Assembly: GCA_977862235.1 (NCBI GenBank)
Contig: OZ374557.1
Span: 2,170,001-2,234,000, forward strand
DNA: 64,000 bases
Source: Dudresnaya verticillata
Taxonomy: Eukaryota
Direction of reading: 5' to 3'
Shown: positions 36,414-50,059 of the stretch, one piece after another
Layout of the letters: each line of letters begins with the position of its first letter
Position numbering within the stretch: the first letter of the stretch is position 1
Made by a program: the position numbers and the translations under genes
The notes under the pieces: generated by a model
What the model was told of the DNA's origin: nothing
What the model saw: the letters and a program-made list of their open reading frames with translations, nothing else
The model's database searches: none

Positions 36414-39113
36414 ATGCCGACATCTAATGGCGACACTACCCGGTCCAGTTTAACGAGCCGTGGAGCTAGCCGGACTGGCAGTCTTGCATCCGTAAGGACG
36501 ATTGGAGCTCGCACCCGCGCGGTTTCAAGCGCCCTTATAAGAAATCCGGGAACGGATGAGCCGGGACGGCCGCCAAGAAGGACGGGCGCCCCGACTGGAG
36601 AAGAAGTACCTGGACCAGGTGGGTATCAGGTCCCGGAAGGCGAAAATACGGTTAAAACCATCGGAGACATCCCCGCTGACATCGTGGAGAATTTGGGTTC
36701 GAACACTGAAACCATGCCGCCACCCACAGCTTTAGCCAGTCTACAAGCCGAGGGTGGACGAGCCCTAGAAGAAGAAACATCGGCGACTCCGGACGTGGGG
36801 CCGCCGCCAAGAACGAAGTACAAATATTCGGGTGTGCGCTGCTTCACGGAACGTGAAATAGGGCCCTTGGTCGAATTGGGAGTCGAACGGTCATTAACGA
36901 CGAGCGTCGTAGCGCTCCTGGAAAGCCAAGCCGATGATACCTCTTCAAAGGTGAAGAGATATTTCAACGAGGCGTCGGCGCGCCGTGACGACCGCCTGTT
37001 GGCAAGAGATCGAATCTCGATTCCAACAAGGTCCTCTTCAAGAGGATTAGAAGAAGAAGGGGTTGAAACCCTGCAAGCACAGGTTGAATCACTGGGCGAC
37101 CAGTTGGACGCCGTCCATGGAAATCTCCATACGATTACCAAGATTACGGATCTTACTCGAGAGGAAGCCGTAATGGCTATAGAAGACGTTCGTAAAAACG
37201 TAGACGACACAAGGTGTGTCGAACAAGACAGAGCGATCGAGCTCTGAAGACAAGAGCTTGATGCAGAAAAGCGGAAGGTTACATTGCTGGATGCAAAAAT
37301 ACGGCGACTTAGGTGCGAGAGGGATTTAATACCCGAGGTCGAGCGGCAACGCTCCCCTGTGCCCCGTGGTACCAAAGACCGTCGCAGGACATCTCGGAAA
37401 CGAAACTCGGATGGTGAGTCTGGGAATGACGACTTTGGTCGTGGGAGGTCTGAACACCGCCGGTGCGATTGCCGGACAGCTCATGGATCCAACGGATTCC
37501 GCAATCCAAAGGGCTCCCGGCAAGACCGGCTCTCTAGCCGTAGTTTGGTCGAACAACGTCAAAGCCGCTTACATCATACCCCGATGCAATCGGATGAGGA
37601 CGAACCGACGTCTAGAGGCCTTTCCAGACCTGCTTGGAGTTCCTGGCGAGGACCCCGTCGAGCGGGAATCAAAGAGTTAACTCCGCGAAACCCTGCTTTT
37701 ACACAGGTCCTTTCGTACCGGAGATATCGGTTGCTGAACGTCGATTCATATCGAGGGCCCGAGTTGAAGCCACATTGAAGAAGAATAAACGGGTTAAATC
37801 CGTAATGAGGTGTCGAAGATTCGATGGGAGTGACCCTGTTGCTATTGTTGGCTTTCTAGCCACCTTAAAGCGACAGCTTGATCAAGCTCAAGTGAGTGAA
37901 GGTGCGGCCATCCTGGTCATACCCGCGTTCCTTGAAAAGGATTCAAAGGACATGTTGGAGGCGAACTTTGATGTAGCCGGAGACGATAACGGCGGATTAA
38001 ATGAATGGCCGGAAGCCATCAATTATCTTCTGTGTACATACGCCAAAGATGTATACATGGAGAAGATTTCTTCAGAAATGGACATGATGACTCAAGAGTC
38101 GGCCGAGGATGAAGTTTCGTTTTGTAGACGTCTGCAAAACAAGGCGCGAAAGGTCGCTGGAGTTTACACAGAACAGGACTTGATAACGCGTTTTATACGT
38201 GGATTGATACCAGCGGTCAAACCGCTCGTGAGTGCGTCGTCTTTGGATCCTCGCTCTGCGCGATTGGAGGACTATGTGGAGCTGACGACAGCGCAAGGAG
38301 ATTCACACCGCGCCCTAGCGTGTGGTGGACGTCTTCGGAAAGCGAGCTCTGCGCTATCTCACAAAACCCTGGCTCGGGTGTTGATTTACAAGTCCGGACG
38401 CGCCCTCCTCATTCGTCAAAATAGGACTCAACGGTCCTCGGATTTGGACACCTCGAAGAGCAGTAGCTCTGATGCGGACAGTGAAGACGCTGTCGTAGCA
38501 GCCATTGATAGCGAAGCGCCACCCTCTACAGTGACCCAATCAGACACGGGGTCTGGTGTGCCAAGCGACCGGCCGTACTACGGAGAAATCGACGCCGTTC
38601 TTCAGAACTACAATAACAGGCTACCTGCATGGGCACAACCTACGAGGCCTCAGCGTCCGGGATGGGCGACTGTCAAGGACATGCCGAACGACATCTGCTT
38701 TGAGTGTTTTGGCGTAGGTCATAAAAAGCCTAATTACCCATTTTTGGCTCGTACGGATGAACCGTCATTTGAGGCCTTAAAACGCCAGCAGGTTTACCAA
38801 CTGTCTCGTGAACAGAAGGCATGGATAGTTACCATCGGGCGCCTGCCCGAATTTGCAAACGGGAACACCTGCACTGAGCATCACGATTTTGCATCGTCCG
38901 GACGTGGAGCAGGGCCATCGAGAGGGCCTCCCCAAAATTTGGGGCCGGCCCCCAGTAGAAATATCCATGTCCAATTTCAAGGAGGGTAGAACCACCCAGT
39001 GAACGCGCCGCGACAGCAGCCGACGGCGCCACGCTCGCCAAGACCAGGGTTCCGAACCCTTCCACCGCCTCCACCGCTACCGCGGTCTCCTGTTAGTCGA
39101 CCGAAAAACTAGC
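36414..39113 (+). pseudogene. gag: gag (interrupted)
   Basis: ORFs 36414-37247, 37284-37778 and 37634-38989; FDGSDP, NYLLCTYA, degenerate knuckle CFECFGVGHKKPNY. Confidence 0.88.
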
Positions 39114-39226
39114 TAAGGGGAAACCGGTTTCGGTCCCTGGCCGACTCCGGTCGTATCAGCCATATCGGAAGCCCCGATCACTCGGAGAAATGTGACTTCC
39201 TAAGCGCTTCCTCAACCGACCGATCA

Positions 39227-42200
39227 GTGTCATCGAAACTTCCGCCTCTTCTTCAAAAGAAGATATTAGCACGCCCCGTGGGCTTATTCCCCGGGTCTAA
39301 GTATCATGCGTACGTTACGGACCCAATCTGCTCGCTCTCGCGATACAACTATAAGGTTGTCGCGTCCGTTGGGACCTCTGTTGAACATTTAACGCAAGTA
39401 CTCTCCGTCTTGGACACGGGCGCGGGCCCTAATCTCATCCGAGCAGACGTGCTCTCTTTGGAAGATAGGAAGAAAATTTCATCGAACCGATCGATCGCTA
39501 AATTAACATCGGCGTCAAGGCATCGTTTAGTTACCCTGGGGATGATCTCCCTGGTCGTCAGGATTGGCACCAATACGGTTCGTCAACCGTTCGTCGTATT
39601 CAAGGCTCTAGCCGTGGATATGATTTTGGGTTGCACCTATATCGATACCCACGTCGACGGGCTAGGAGTGCGCAAGCAACACGTAGTCCTGCGAGACGGC
39701 TCGGTGCACCCGATTCTACGCCGCCGATTTGAAATCCCGCGAGCTGCAAGCTCTGGAGAATCTATGGAGGTACCTCCTCTGCCTAACTCGCGACTTGTGA
39801 GAGTTGCCCCAACAACTAACTTGCAACCCGGTTCGGAAACCTGGGTCGCCGTCATATGTGCAGCTAAAGGAATTCACTTCCTGGATTCGTTTCAACGGCT
39901 GTCCGACCATCAACAAGTCGTTGTCACGAACGGAATCGTCAAGCTTCAAGAGAACGTTCTGTTCTGCATGAAGATCGCCAACGTTTCGTCTCGCGTGCAG
40001 CGACTCAACAAGCACCAAGTAATTGGTCGAGCTATCCCAGCTCCCATGGCCATGCCAGTTTATTCCGTTTCCATCGACAATTTCCCTGACAACCCGGTCC
40101 CGACGTCAAAATATTCGAGTCCTCATGCATAAACATCCTTCGATGTAGGGGGCATGGCTGGCTGCTGCTCTCGGCGCGACCGATTCGAAACCAGGCGTGA
40201 AAACCGCTACTGAAAACCCAACGGTAGAAGACCTGGCACTAGAACACCTTTCGACGTGTGAGAGACACCGTGTCTGCAAAATGCTACGACCTTGCGCTGA
40301 CATGTAGAGCGGGAAACTTGGGACCATCAAGGTTACAGAGCATCGTATCGAGCTCATGAACGGGTCCAAACCCGTATTTGCGCAACTATATGGGTCAGGA
40401 CCGAAAGCGCGACAAGCGGAACAAGACGAAGTTGATAAGATGCTCAAGGAAGGAGTCATAGAGCCTGCGTACTCGGCATTTGCAAGCCCAGTAGTACTGT
40501 TTAAGAATCCTGACGGATCTCTCCGTTTCTGCGTTGATTACAGGAAACTGAATGCGATCACAATTAAGGATTCATATCCTCTACCTCGAATGGATGAGTG
40601 TTTAGACTTATTGGGCGACGCCCAGTACTTTACAACTCTCGATTGTAATTCGGGTTACTGGCAAATACCCGTAGCAGCGGAAGACGAGGCTAAAACAGCG
40701 TTTACCTGTCATGAAGGTTGTTTCCAGTTCTGCCGAATGCCATTCGGATTGTGTAACGCGCCGGCGACCTTTCAGAGAACCGTTGATATCCTATTAACGG
40801 GTTACCGATGGAAGTCCTTTCTCTTCTACTGGGATGATATCATAATCTTCTCAAAGAGTGTCGACGAACACTTAGGACATGTTCAAGAAATAATCTCAGT
40901 ATTGAATGAAGCGGGAGTATCGCTCAAGCTCAAGAAGTGTAACTTCTTCACAAAAAGGGTGGATTACCTAGGCGATGTGATCCGGCCAGGATTACTGGAA
41001 GTAGATACGAAGAATATTCAAGCCATCGAAGGTTTCAAAGAGCCTAAGACCCAGACACAACTACGATCGTTCATCGGGTTGTGTAACGTCTATAGACGCT
41101 TTGTGCCGAACTTCTCACGAGTCGCATCACCGCATAATAGACGTCTGCAGAAGGATGTGGGATTCGAACTACCTCCATTTGAGACCAACAACGCGAAGCG
41201 TTCGAGTTATTGAAAAAAGCGCTAATAGCGCCACCGATTCTCCGACTCCCGAAAGAAGATAGACCTCTATCGGGATACCGATGCGTGTGACTATCAGATA
41301 GGGTGTGCCCTTATGAAAATGGAACCGAATGGAACACGTCACCCTATCGGGTTTTGGAGCCTAGGTCTGACTCAGGAAGAACGGAATTACTCCGTCGGGG
41401 ATAAGGAATGCCTCGCGGTGGTCTGGGCCACCCAAATTCTCAGACCATATTCAGAAAGGTCGCATTTTGACTTGTACACCGACTACCGGGCACTCAAGTG
41501 GATGATGAGTATGACGGATGCATCCGGTCGACTAGCGCGTTGGCGCTTGCGACTCCTCGAATACGACTTCACGGTTCAATACTGTAAGGGAAAGAAGAAT
41601 CAGATAGCTGATGCCGTCTCTCGACTACATACTTATGTTTTTACCAACTGGGAACCGGATCTGGAGATTCCTTGCTTTGTAATCGCTGACAGCGATCGGA
41701 CTGATCTTCGCAACCTTTCTGCTGAAAGAGATTCGCGAGCGGACGCCCCATCCAGACCCTTGGAGATCTGGAAGGTGGAACCCGAGGATGATTCAATCGA
41801 GTCGCTACTCGAGGATGAACAATTAATAGCCAACGTGACTGAGAAAGAAGTGGCCGAAAAGAGTCTTTCTCTGCTCACCGTGGAGGACATTCTTTGCTCT
41901 CAGCGAACCGATCAATTCTGTATGGGTATCAAACTCGCCATCAAATCCGGAAGGCCAGGCTGCTATCTGGAAGATGAACGAGGACTGCTAGTCCGACGGT
42001 TTTATATAGACAATACACTACAGGTAGTGATACCTAGAGCCCTCCAAGAACGGGTCCTACATCTCGCGCACTACCAAGAGATGGCCGGTCACCCCGGTGG
42101 GACAAAGATGTATCATAATTTGCGCCGACAAGTATTCTGGCCTGGCATGGCTCTCGCGGTATATGCGACAGTTCGAAACTGTGTGAACTGTGCACAGGAA

Positions 42201-43578
42201 CGTGTTCAGCTACGACAACACGCTTCCCATATGAAGTTGTTTCCGGCTACCATGCCTTTAGAGTTCTTGGGGATTGATATCCTAGGGCCGCTACCTCGAT
42301 CGAGTAAGGGCAATGCGTATCTGCTCTACTGTGGCGAAAGCGTTCTGCGAACATTGGATATACACCTACGGGCCTCCCCGTTATGTCCTGTCGGACAATG
42401 GTTCGCAGTTTGCGTCTAAGTTCTTCATAGCCGTCTGCGGCATTCTCAAGATTTGGAATCTGTTTACGTCGATTTATCATCTGCAGACGAACGGACAAAC
42501 CGAAAGGCTTAATATTGGGATGAATTCACGTCTGCTCTGACGTACGCATATAATACGACCGTTCATCGTGCGACGGGTCTCGCGCCCATTGACTTGGGTC
42601 TATCCAACCCGCCGAAGTCCCTTCTAATGTAGAAAGCAGAGACGGTGGACGTTGCGAACGTGCCACCGGTTAATTTCAAGAAGCGGTTAACCGCGTGACT
42701 CGAGAAGCTGATGGAAACAGCGTTGCCACGTCTACGCATGGCACAACAGCGATATGAAGTCAACCTCAACAATCGTATGCGTCTGACTAATCAGAAGTTA
42801 CGCCCGGGTAACTGGGTATTTCACGAGAGAGACGAAAATGAAAGACACCATGGGCGTGGCCCGGGAAGGAAAATTGTTTCCAAAGGCTCTTGGCCCATAC
42901 AAGATCCTCGAAAGAGGAACACACACTGTAGTGTTGGAAAGGAATGGCGAAAGAGAATCAGTCTCTCTGGACCGTGTAACGCTGGGCCCATCACCGGAGG
43001 AAGAGCTTGGAGTTCTAGGGCTAGCCCCACCCATTGTGGAGGCTACTCCTGGACATGTGGAGCCAGCAGGACCAATTATTGAGTCAATACCCACCACTGG
43101 TCCAGGCGTCGTACCATCGCCGAACATTGTAAGAGAGGAGCCGCTGGAAGCGGGCGCGAAACACGCAAGTGCGCAGACTGTCGCCCCTCCGCGGGAAGTG
43201 ATCGAGGATATCGATAATGGCGCTGGCCCGGTTTCTGCCACCGTACCCCTTTTCGATGAGGTTATCATACCGTCTGGTCTGAACGATACAGGGCCAACGG
43301 TCACGCAGGGCCTAAGCCCTCCTCAAGCACATGGCGAGATGATCTCCCCTAATGCAGATGCGGCGACCCCGCGTCGTACGTTTTCGCGCTTCAAGAAAGC
43401 CCCGCCACGGGAGCATGTTTATGACAAATTGGTCGACTACGACTCCGAGTCGAAACAGTACAAGGTGCGCTGGTACCAGTGCCCTGCATCACGGGACACA
43501 TGGGAACCGCGAGAACACCTCCCAGCAAATCTAGCGAAACGGTATCACCGTGCGAAGGGGATTCCCTTCTCGGGATAA
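39227..43578 (+). pseudogene. pol: pol: protease, reverse transcriptase, RNase H, integrase, chromodomain (interrupted)
   Basis: LDTGA; LRFCVDYRKLN, MPFGLCNAPATFQR, YWDD; TDACD/NYSVGDKECLAVVWA; GHPG..CxxC, SDNGSQF, QTNGQTER; YKVRWY...DTWEPREHLP. Confidence 0.93.
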
Positions 43579-43794
43579 GTACTGGTCGACCAGTCTGATG
43601 ATAACTCAAGCGTCATGATTCGGTTCTACACCGCGGCACGCTTGTGTGCCTAACCCTACGCTAGGCAGAATCCTTGTAAGGAAAGCGAATGTAACGTCCG
43701 ATTGCGGATCGCCGAACCTGTCCACGGGATAGCAATGGCTCTGCCCATGTATATTAGTCTAACTGTATGGGGTTGACCCCTTTTGGAAATTGGA

Positions 43795-43956
43795 AATGGA
43801 TAGATGCAAAGAAGGTTGGAAAACTTGGATAGATGTTTGGATAGATGTGGAACGGATGAACTGGAAGTTCAAGAAAATGGATAGATTCACAGAAGGTTAG
43901 AAACCTTGGATAGATCTGGAACGGATGAACAGGAAGTTCAAGAAAATGAATAGATG
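43795..43956. repeat. Short tandem repeat array downstream of pol
   Basis: About two copies of aaatggatagat...gaaggtt...ggaacggatgaac.ggaagttcaaga. Confidence 0.7.
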
Positions 43957-45167
43957 AGTTGGAAACTCAAGGCTTGAAGATGATTATAAGGCTCAGGACC
44001 TAAAGCGAACAATGGCCTAAACCACTACAGTAGTAGCTGTGCATTTCGCGATTGCTATTGAAATGGCTTTATCGACATATCGCCTATAACGCTATAGCGG
44101 GCCGGCATCTTCACCCACGCTTAGAACCGCTAATGGCCATGACCAGATCACCGGAGTCGAAATCAATAGAGCTGATCAGCCCTCCAATAGGGGTAAGCGG
44201 AAGATCGGAAGGTCTCTTAGAAACCCTACCCGGTGAATGAAGTCAAAACGGCTGGCGTGCTATATCCAATGGGGTTAACCAATTGCTCTACAACGAAACG
44301 GATCGCAAGCCGTCGACAGGGAAAGCCGTTTTGGTACATAGCAACCGTGACACGGTATAGGGGATTGCGTGAGAATTCCCGCCCCTTCTTTGAGAAGTAG
44401 GCTGCGAATATGGTCTACCCCACCTCTACGGAAGGACTGAGCCAGAGTAACAACGAAACGAGGGACCTCGCTGGTGCCGCGTCAATCCCCGACCATCCAA
44501 GAGCATGGAAGCGGATTGGACGACGAATCAAAGTCGTTTGCGCAATTCTTCACGAATCAAATTCATCTGAATCCCATCTGAATTCCTAATTCACGAATTA
44601 GAGTTCGTCAAACAAAACACCCCGTGAGTTGGCGCCAAATCGCTCCACCTCCACAGTAACCCTTTCTGCTACTTTAGAGGGGGATGGGTCGTTGCTGGCC
44701 TCTTCTCACTCGCTCTGCTCCCCTGAAGAAGGCGGAATGAGCCACGAATCAAATTCGTCCCAACAACTCGGTACCACGGTGCGCGCTGTGGTGCCAAGCT
44801 ACTTCCAACAGTTGGAACAGTTCTCTGCGTTAACCCATCCAAAGAGCACTATCCATATTTGTGTCAAGGTTCATGGGAGAGCTGCAAGCTCAAGGTGCGA
44901 TGTTGACCCAAACGGTAGTACGCGAATCGGATTTGCGTATCTGAAAAGCGGGGCCTTTGGAGAATCAACCCGTCGACACGCGGCAGCGCTAACGGCAAGG
45001 AAACTAAGGGCGCTGAGATCGGCTCTCAGCCGCACGGGAATAACAACATCAGGACTTTACTTTAGCGGTTAAGCCGCTCTTGCCCAAGGCAGGCGAATTA
45101 CAATGACTTGCAGCCCCGCTATAGCGGATACCAGGAAAACGGTGGTTGCTATAAGCCATCAAACGGC

Positions 45168-47820
45168 TTAATCGGACAACAGGTCGATGACCTCTTCCTC
45201 GCCGAGAGGCGGGTCCGGCTGCGGAGCCGTATGATAAATGAAGACACGACGCACTTCGCGTATTATGCAACGTCCACGTCCCAAGCGGCGGGAACCCCGA
45301 CCAAGCCCGGTCCCCGCTTCCTCATTAGCAACCCCACTGCCAGTCGCTGTTGCATCGATGCCCATAGCGACTAAGCCGCTAGTTAACACATCGCTTGCAG
45401 TGGGCTGCTCTTCGTCTTCCTCCTTGATGACTACTTCAGTATTAACAATTACCTCGTCCGAGGAGGTTGCGACCTTATTCGCTTGAGAGGCGCCATCCTG
45501 CTCGTCGACAGCGAGTTTTGAGACCTCAGCTTCTTTATCCTGTGGCACAGGTACGACTGCGGCAACCCCGGTCAACAGTTCCTCTGTGGCTTGAGAGCCA
45601 CGGTGAGGAAAGTCTGCCCCAAGTAACTCGCCCATGGGGGCGAAGCTGGGTAACCCCGTACTCGGTGCGAGAAGGGTCGAAACCCCCACCGCTGCTATCT
45701 CAGTAGAAGTTGAAACGATCGCCACCGAAGGCGTGGTAACCGACTTAGAAGCTGTAGCTGTGGTCTACAGGGCGATGGCGGACGACTCCTCACGCGGAAT
45801 CGCCGCGGGATCGTCACTTGTGTTAGCTTGAGGATCCTTTTATTCTACTGCAGTCGACTCTTGTTTAATTCGAGGCGCACCAGCGTGGCCAACACCGCGA
45901 CGCAGCTTCACGTCCCCGACCCTCGAACGGTCCGACAGGGGAGGAAGAGCGGCGAAGTGGGCCTGCAGACGCTCCATCTCGTCGGCCGGGCCCGGCATCT
46001 GCAACCAATTGGACTCATAATCCACCATGAACTCCTTCACCCAGTCGGCCAGACTATGTATGTTGAGATGACGCATGTCCCAATGGCAAGCAAGCCGGAT
46101 GGCTAACCCGCGCGTATTGAAGACGTCTCTATTGTGGTCGTGGTCGGCTTTCGAATAGCTCATAGCAGGCGGGGCATGACGTCCTTGTGGCTGCCCACCG
46201 ACTGTCCCGTCGTAAACCGGCACCTACGCAGGGTCTGAGGACCCGAGTCTCTCCAACGGGAACTAACCCAACCAGGAGTAACGCCGGTTATACGAACCCC
46301 CTCATCAAGAACCAGGGGTTGAGCCTCTGACGGTTTCGGCTGAATTAGGTACTATGGTAAGAGTGGATGCCACTTCTGAGGATCAAAATCCACCCAGTCT
46401 CCACGATTGAAGACCGGAGTCAGATGACCGGTATTATCCGGAAGGTATCGTTTCCTCATGTAAATTTCGCTCCAGCGGATGCGCTCTATGAATACAAGTA
46501 GGACTTCTAAGTCCTTGGGTCTTCAGCATCCGCCATAAGAGCCGTCGGGCTCAGAGCCCGAATGGCCATGCGCAATGGTTGGCCTATGAAATACAAAAGG
46601 TTTCGATGAGCCGCATAGACTAGGGTCTGTACGACGAGGACAATCCACTCATGTCGGAAGATACTCCACAGTACACTGTCATCCATGGCCTTAGCCATCA
46701 TTTCTAGACCGAGGTAAGCGACGATAGTTGGAGTTCCAACGGACATTGAGTATGAGATCTCGAGATTCTTATGATCGTCTGGAATCTGGGGGTACTTCCC
46801 GTTATACCACTCCGGCTTAATAGCCGTCACCTCTTGGCAATGGCAAGGGATGAGACACCCGGTCTTATGACGCTGCTTACGCTCGAAGCGGGAGTGTTCT
46901 AACGGCATCACCTTCTGTGGGATATCGAGCGCATACTTAAGATTCGACGACTCGTCCAACCGCACTACGCGGGCCATTTTATAACGGAAGTTATCCCGAC
47001 CCTTACGTACGAGTGGTCGTTCATGCATTATCATTCAAAGATCCCACTGTCCACTCTGATGGATCTCATACAACAGCTCGGCTTGGGAAGTTAACTTCTG
47101 CGTCGGAGTATTGCTCCACGCAATCTCATGCCTGAAGCGCACATGGGCAAGGTCCCATGTGGCTCATTATAGAGTATCTGCATCGCCATCAAGTCGAGGG
47201 AGGAACCGGTTGGTACCGGTCGAGATGCCAACGCGCGTGCGCATGAGGCGATTCCAAACACGGCTTTGAGCCATCCTCCCCCCGATGCGGCGAACCTCCT
47301 CGCGACTAGCTCCCACCCGCATCTTTAGATGTGTTAGGTCGGTAAGAAAGAATGAGTCGCGGCTGAGGGAGATCGCTATCGGAACGCCAGCCGCATCCAC
47401 CTCATGTCCCAAGACATTGGAAATCGAGCCTGCCGCCCCATACGACAAGTGTCGTGGAGCCATTTCGCTATGGCGAACGAATACCCAACGACTTCCAAGC
47501 CGTCCGGGGATCAAATCTCCTAAGGTTCGGAGACCTTTTCCTCGGTTTGTGTCGGCTCCAGAACGGACCCTGCTGGGTAGTGAGCACGACCTGATGACTG
47601 CTACAGCGTGGAAGCTGTTCTTTGGCCTGATTGTCGGCTCCAAAACCGGTTTTACCAGTGAGGGCGACCTGTGAAACCTTTTCCGGCGCGGAAGCCGTTC
47701 TTGAGTCTGACCGTGGGCTCCAAAGCCAAGCCTCGAGGCTAAAGAGCGCGACCTGACAAAGCGGCTGGGAGCCGGGGGAACGCTGAGACCCGTGCAACCT
47801 GGGCAGTGTGTCGACACCTA
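45168..47820 (-). pseudogene. Antisense accessory ORF in the chromovirus 3' region (fragmented)
   Basis: Run of minus-strand protein-like ORFs 47167-47817, 46507-47034, 45840-46223 and 45168-45725 between pol and the PPT. Confidence 0.55.
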
Positions 47821-48227
47821 CGGTGTACCTGACAACGGCTGTGAGCTGTGGCTGACGTCAACGACACAAGCGGAACCCATAGAGAGAAGAGGCCGAGCGT
47901 TTGGGCAAGGGCTGGCGTCGGTGGAGCAGGGGATGTTAGTGTGCTGGGAACAGTGAGAGCTGAGACGGCTGTGAGCCGGCGTTGAAATAGGCACACGCCC
48001 GTCTGGCGCTTCCCGCAATCGTTACCGATCGTGCCGACGGCGACGGCTCAAGTCGCGCTGACTTGGCATTACCGGTGAGACGGTCGGAAGGAGGCGTGTT
48101 CAAACGCGCGGCTATTGGGCCAACGAACGGACCGAGATTTCGAATCGTAATGAACACAGGCTTTTGAGGCAGCATCGCTGTACAGCTCTCTACTGAGCGC
48201 GGTCACTCAGTTTTAAGAAGGGGGCCG

Positions 48228-48887
48228 TGTGGTACAACGAGCGTTGGGACGCTGCAAGGAGCCACGTGTACACGCGGCGCCTGTAAGGCTGGGGACACCG
48301 GAGTGAGGTGGCTGCTTGCCATTGGACAATTAACTACGTGATTATTATGCGCGCTGATCATAGCGCGTTTCTACTACTCAGTGTGTAGTGGGAACGCGCC
48401 ATGATGTCACGCTTATTGTGTGCGTGGCGTTCTTCAGTGATGCGGTACGTACTGAAGCGGTATGACCGCTCATTTATATTATTATTCGATAGTGTAACTG
48501 TTAGTATACAGTATTAGCTCACTGATAGCATTATAGCTGTAACTGAGCTGGTAGTGCCTTTCCGGCCCCCTTATCTATTAGGCCCCTGAATAGCAGGGCT
48601 CCCCACTAAACTCGCAGAGGTGTGTGCCTTGGGTTTTCCCCTTTTGTTGGACTCCCACGGTATCACCGCTACAACCCCCGTTAGGCGTTTACAAGCCGTG
48701 CTACCTACGACGACTGCTATAAGCAGTACGGTTCGCCTTCTTTTTTCCCTCTTTTACAGCGCTTGCAATTCTCTCAAGTCTATACCACCCCTTTTGGAGC
48801 TAACAACCACGCAAGTGGGATCACGCTTTCAGGGCAGCTGTCGTGTTGTGTGGCCGTCTACTCTGCGTTGAAAGCCATTCTACTACA
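48228..48887 (+). repeat. 3' LTR (660 bp)
   Basis: tgtggtacaacgagcg...ctactaca after the PPT. Confidence 0.92.
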
Positions 48888-49310
48888 GTTTGTCGTCGGC
48901 GCGTCGCTTGCAATGCGCCACGCCTCATTCCACCACATACGGACCGTCAGCCTCGGTACTCTCCGATATCGAAATACAGTTTACTTCAACGTTCTTTCAG
49001 GGCGTCTGCGAACTGCTCGGGTTATCGAACGTATTTCCCTCGGCGTACCATCCGCAAACGAAAGGGAAAGTAGAAAGCTACATCTGGACTATCCTTTTAA
49101 TGCCAGGTAACTACGTGACTGATCATCAAAACGATTGGGACCTGTATTTCTCTGCAAAATTACTCGCGAATTACAGGTGGATGTCACGTGTACGGCTTAC
49201 AGCCCCGAGCGGCTTATTCTCCCACAAACTACTCTCTGAACACTCTCTTCGGCTGTGCCTGGCTTGGTCGGCCTTTCAACGGTCCCCGTACGGACATCGT
49301 CGCTTCTGAA
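48888..49310 (+). pseudogene. Old gypsy integrase fragment (target of the chromovirus insertion)
   Basis: YGPSASVLSD..QFTS..FQGVCELLG...SAYHPQTKGKVE; joins RYGKF at 34930-34948 across the TSD. Confidence 0.75.
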
Positions 49311-50059
49311 CGTCTCCTTTACAGTGGTCTTATGCATCCTTACAGAGCGCAGTACTGGCGGACAGCGACCGCGACGGGGTGAATTGATGCCTCTCGTAAT
49401 GCCACGGTGGGCCCAATCAGACCTCTAACATTTGCCGTCGCGTTACAACTACCGCAATTACTCGCCGTGACGTAACGCGTAACGCTCCCTCCCTCACCGC
49501 CGGCGCAGACGTTCCAGACGTTCCGTTGCCACCCACGCGGTCCACATACTCCACTCAACCTGTCCTTCCACTCTTACACTACAGTGGTACACCGTAGAAC
49601 CCATCTGCGCCCAAAACTCCCGCGCAAATGTACCCCTACCATTTCCCACGTTCGAACCGAACCATTGTAACATCACCGCTTGGAACGAGTTCAGCGGACT
49701 GACAGTCGCCGCGAACTGTAGGGTTAAATCGTGAACCTTTTCTTTTTCTCAATTCAAACCTACATCTAGAGTGCAAAGAAAGCTTTTTTTATTATTATTA
49801 CAGGTGCTTCCTGTTCACCCGGGGTGAACTGAACAGTCGCTTCTCAGTGACGGGAAGCTCGTATTCAAGAAATCGATGAAACGGGAACGCGGAGGAGACT
49901 CGAACTTCCATTGTGCATAAAAGCCTTTACCCACAGCCCGGATACGTAGTATGGTTAAACCCAGCATGCTGTAGACGTGGAAAAAATACGCTCACGTGAT
50001 TGTTTGCGCTCTCCCAGCTGACCTCAAAAGATCAATAAGCTTCGACATTTTGACACAGC

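Larger units (their letters stand above)
34949..48887 (+). mobile_element. Full-length Ty3/gypsy chromovirus (~13.9 kb), degenerate
   Basis: TG...CA LTRs 34949-36010 and 48228-48887; 5-bp TSD GTTTG (34944-34948, 48888-48892); PBS; PPT aagaaggggg 48215-48224; gag-PR-RT-RH-IN-chromodomain order. Confidence 0.95.
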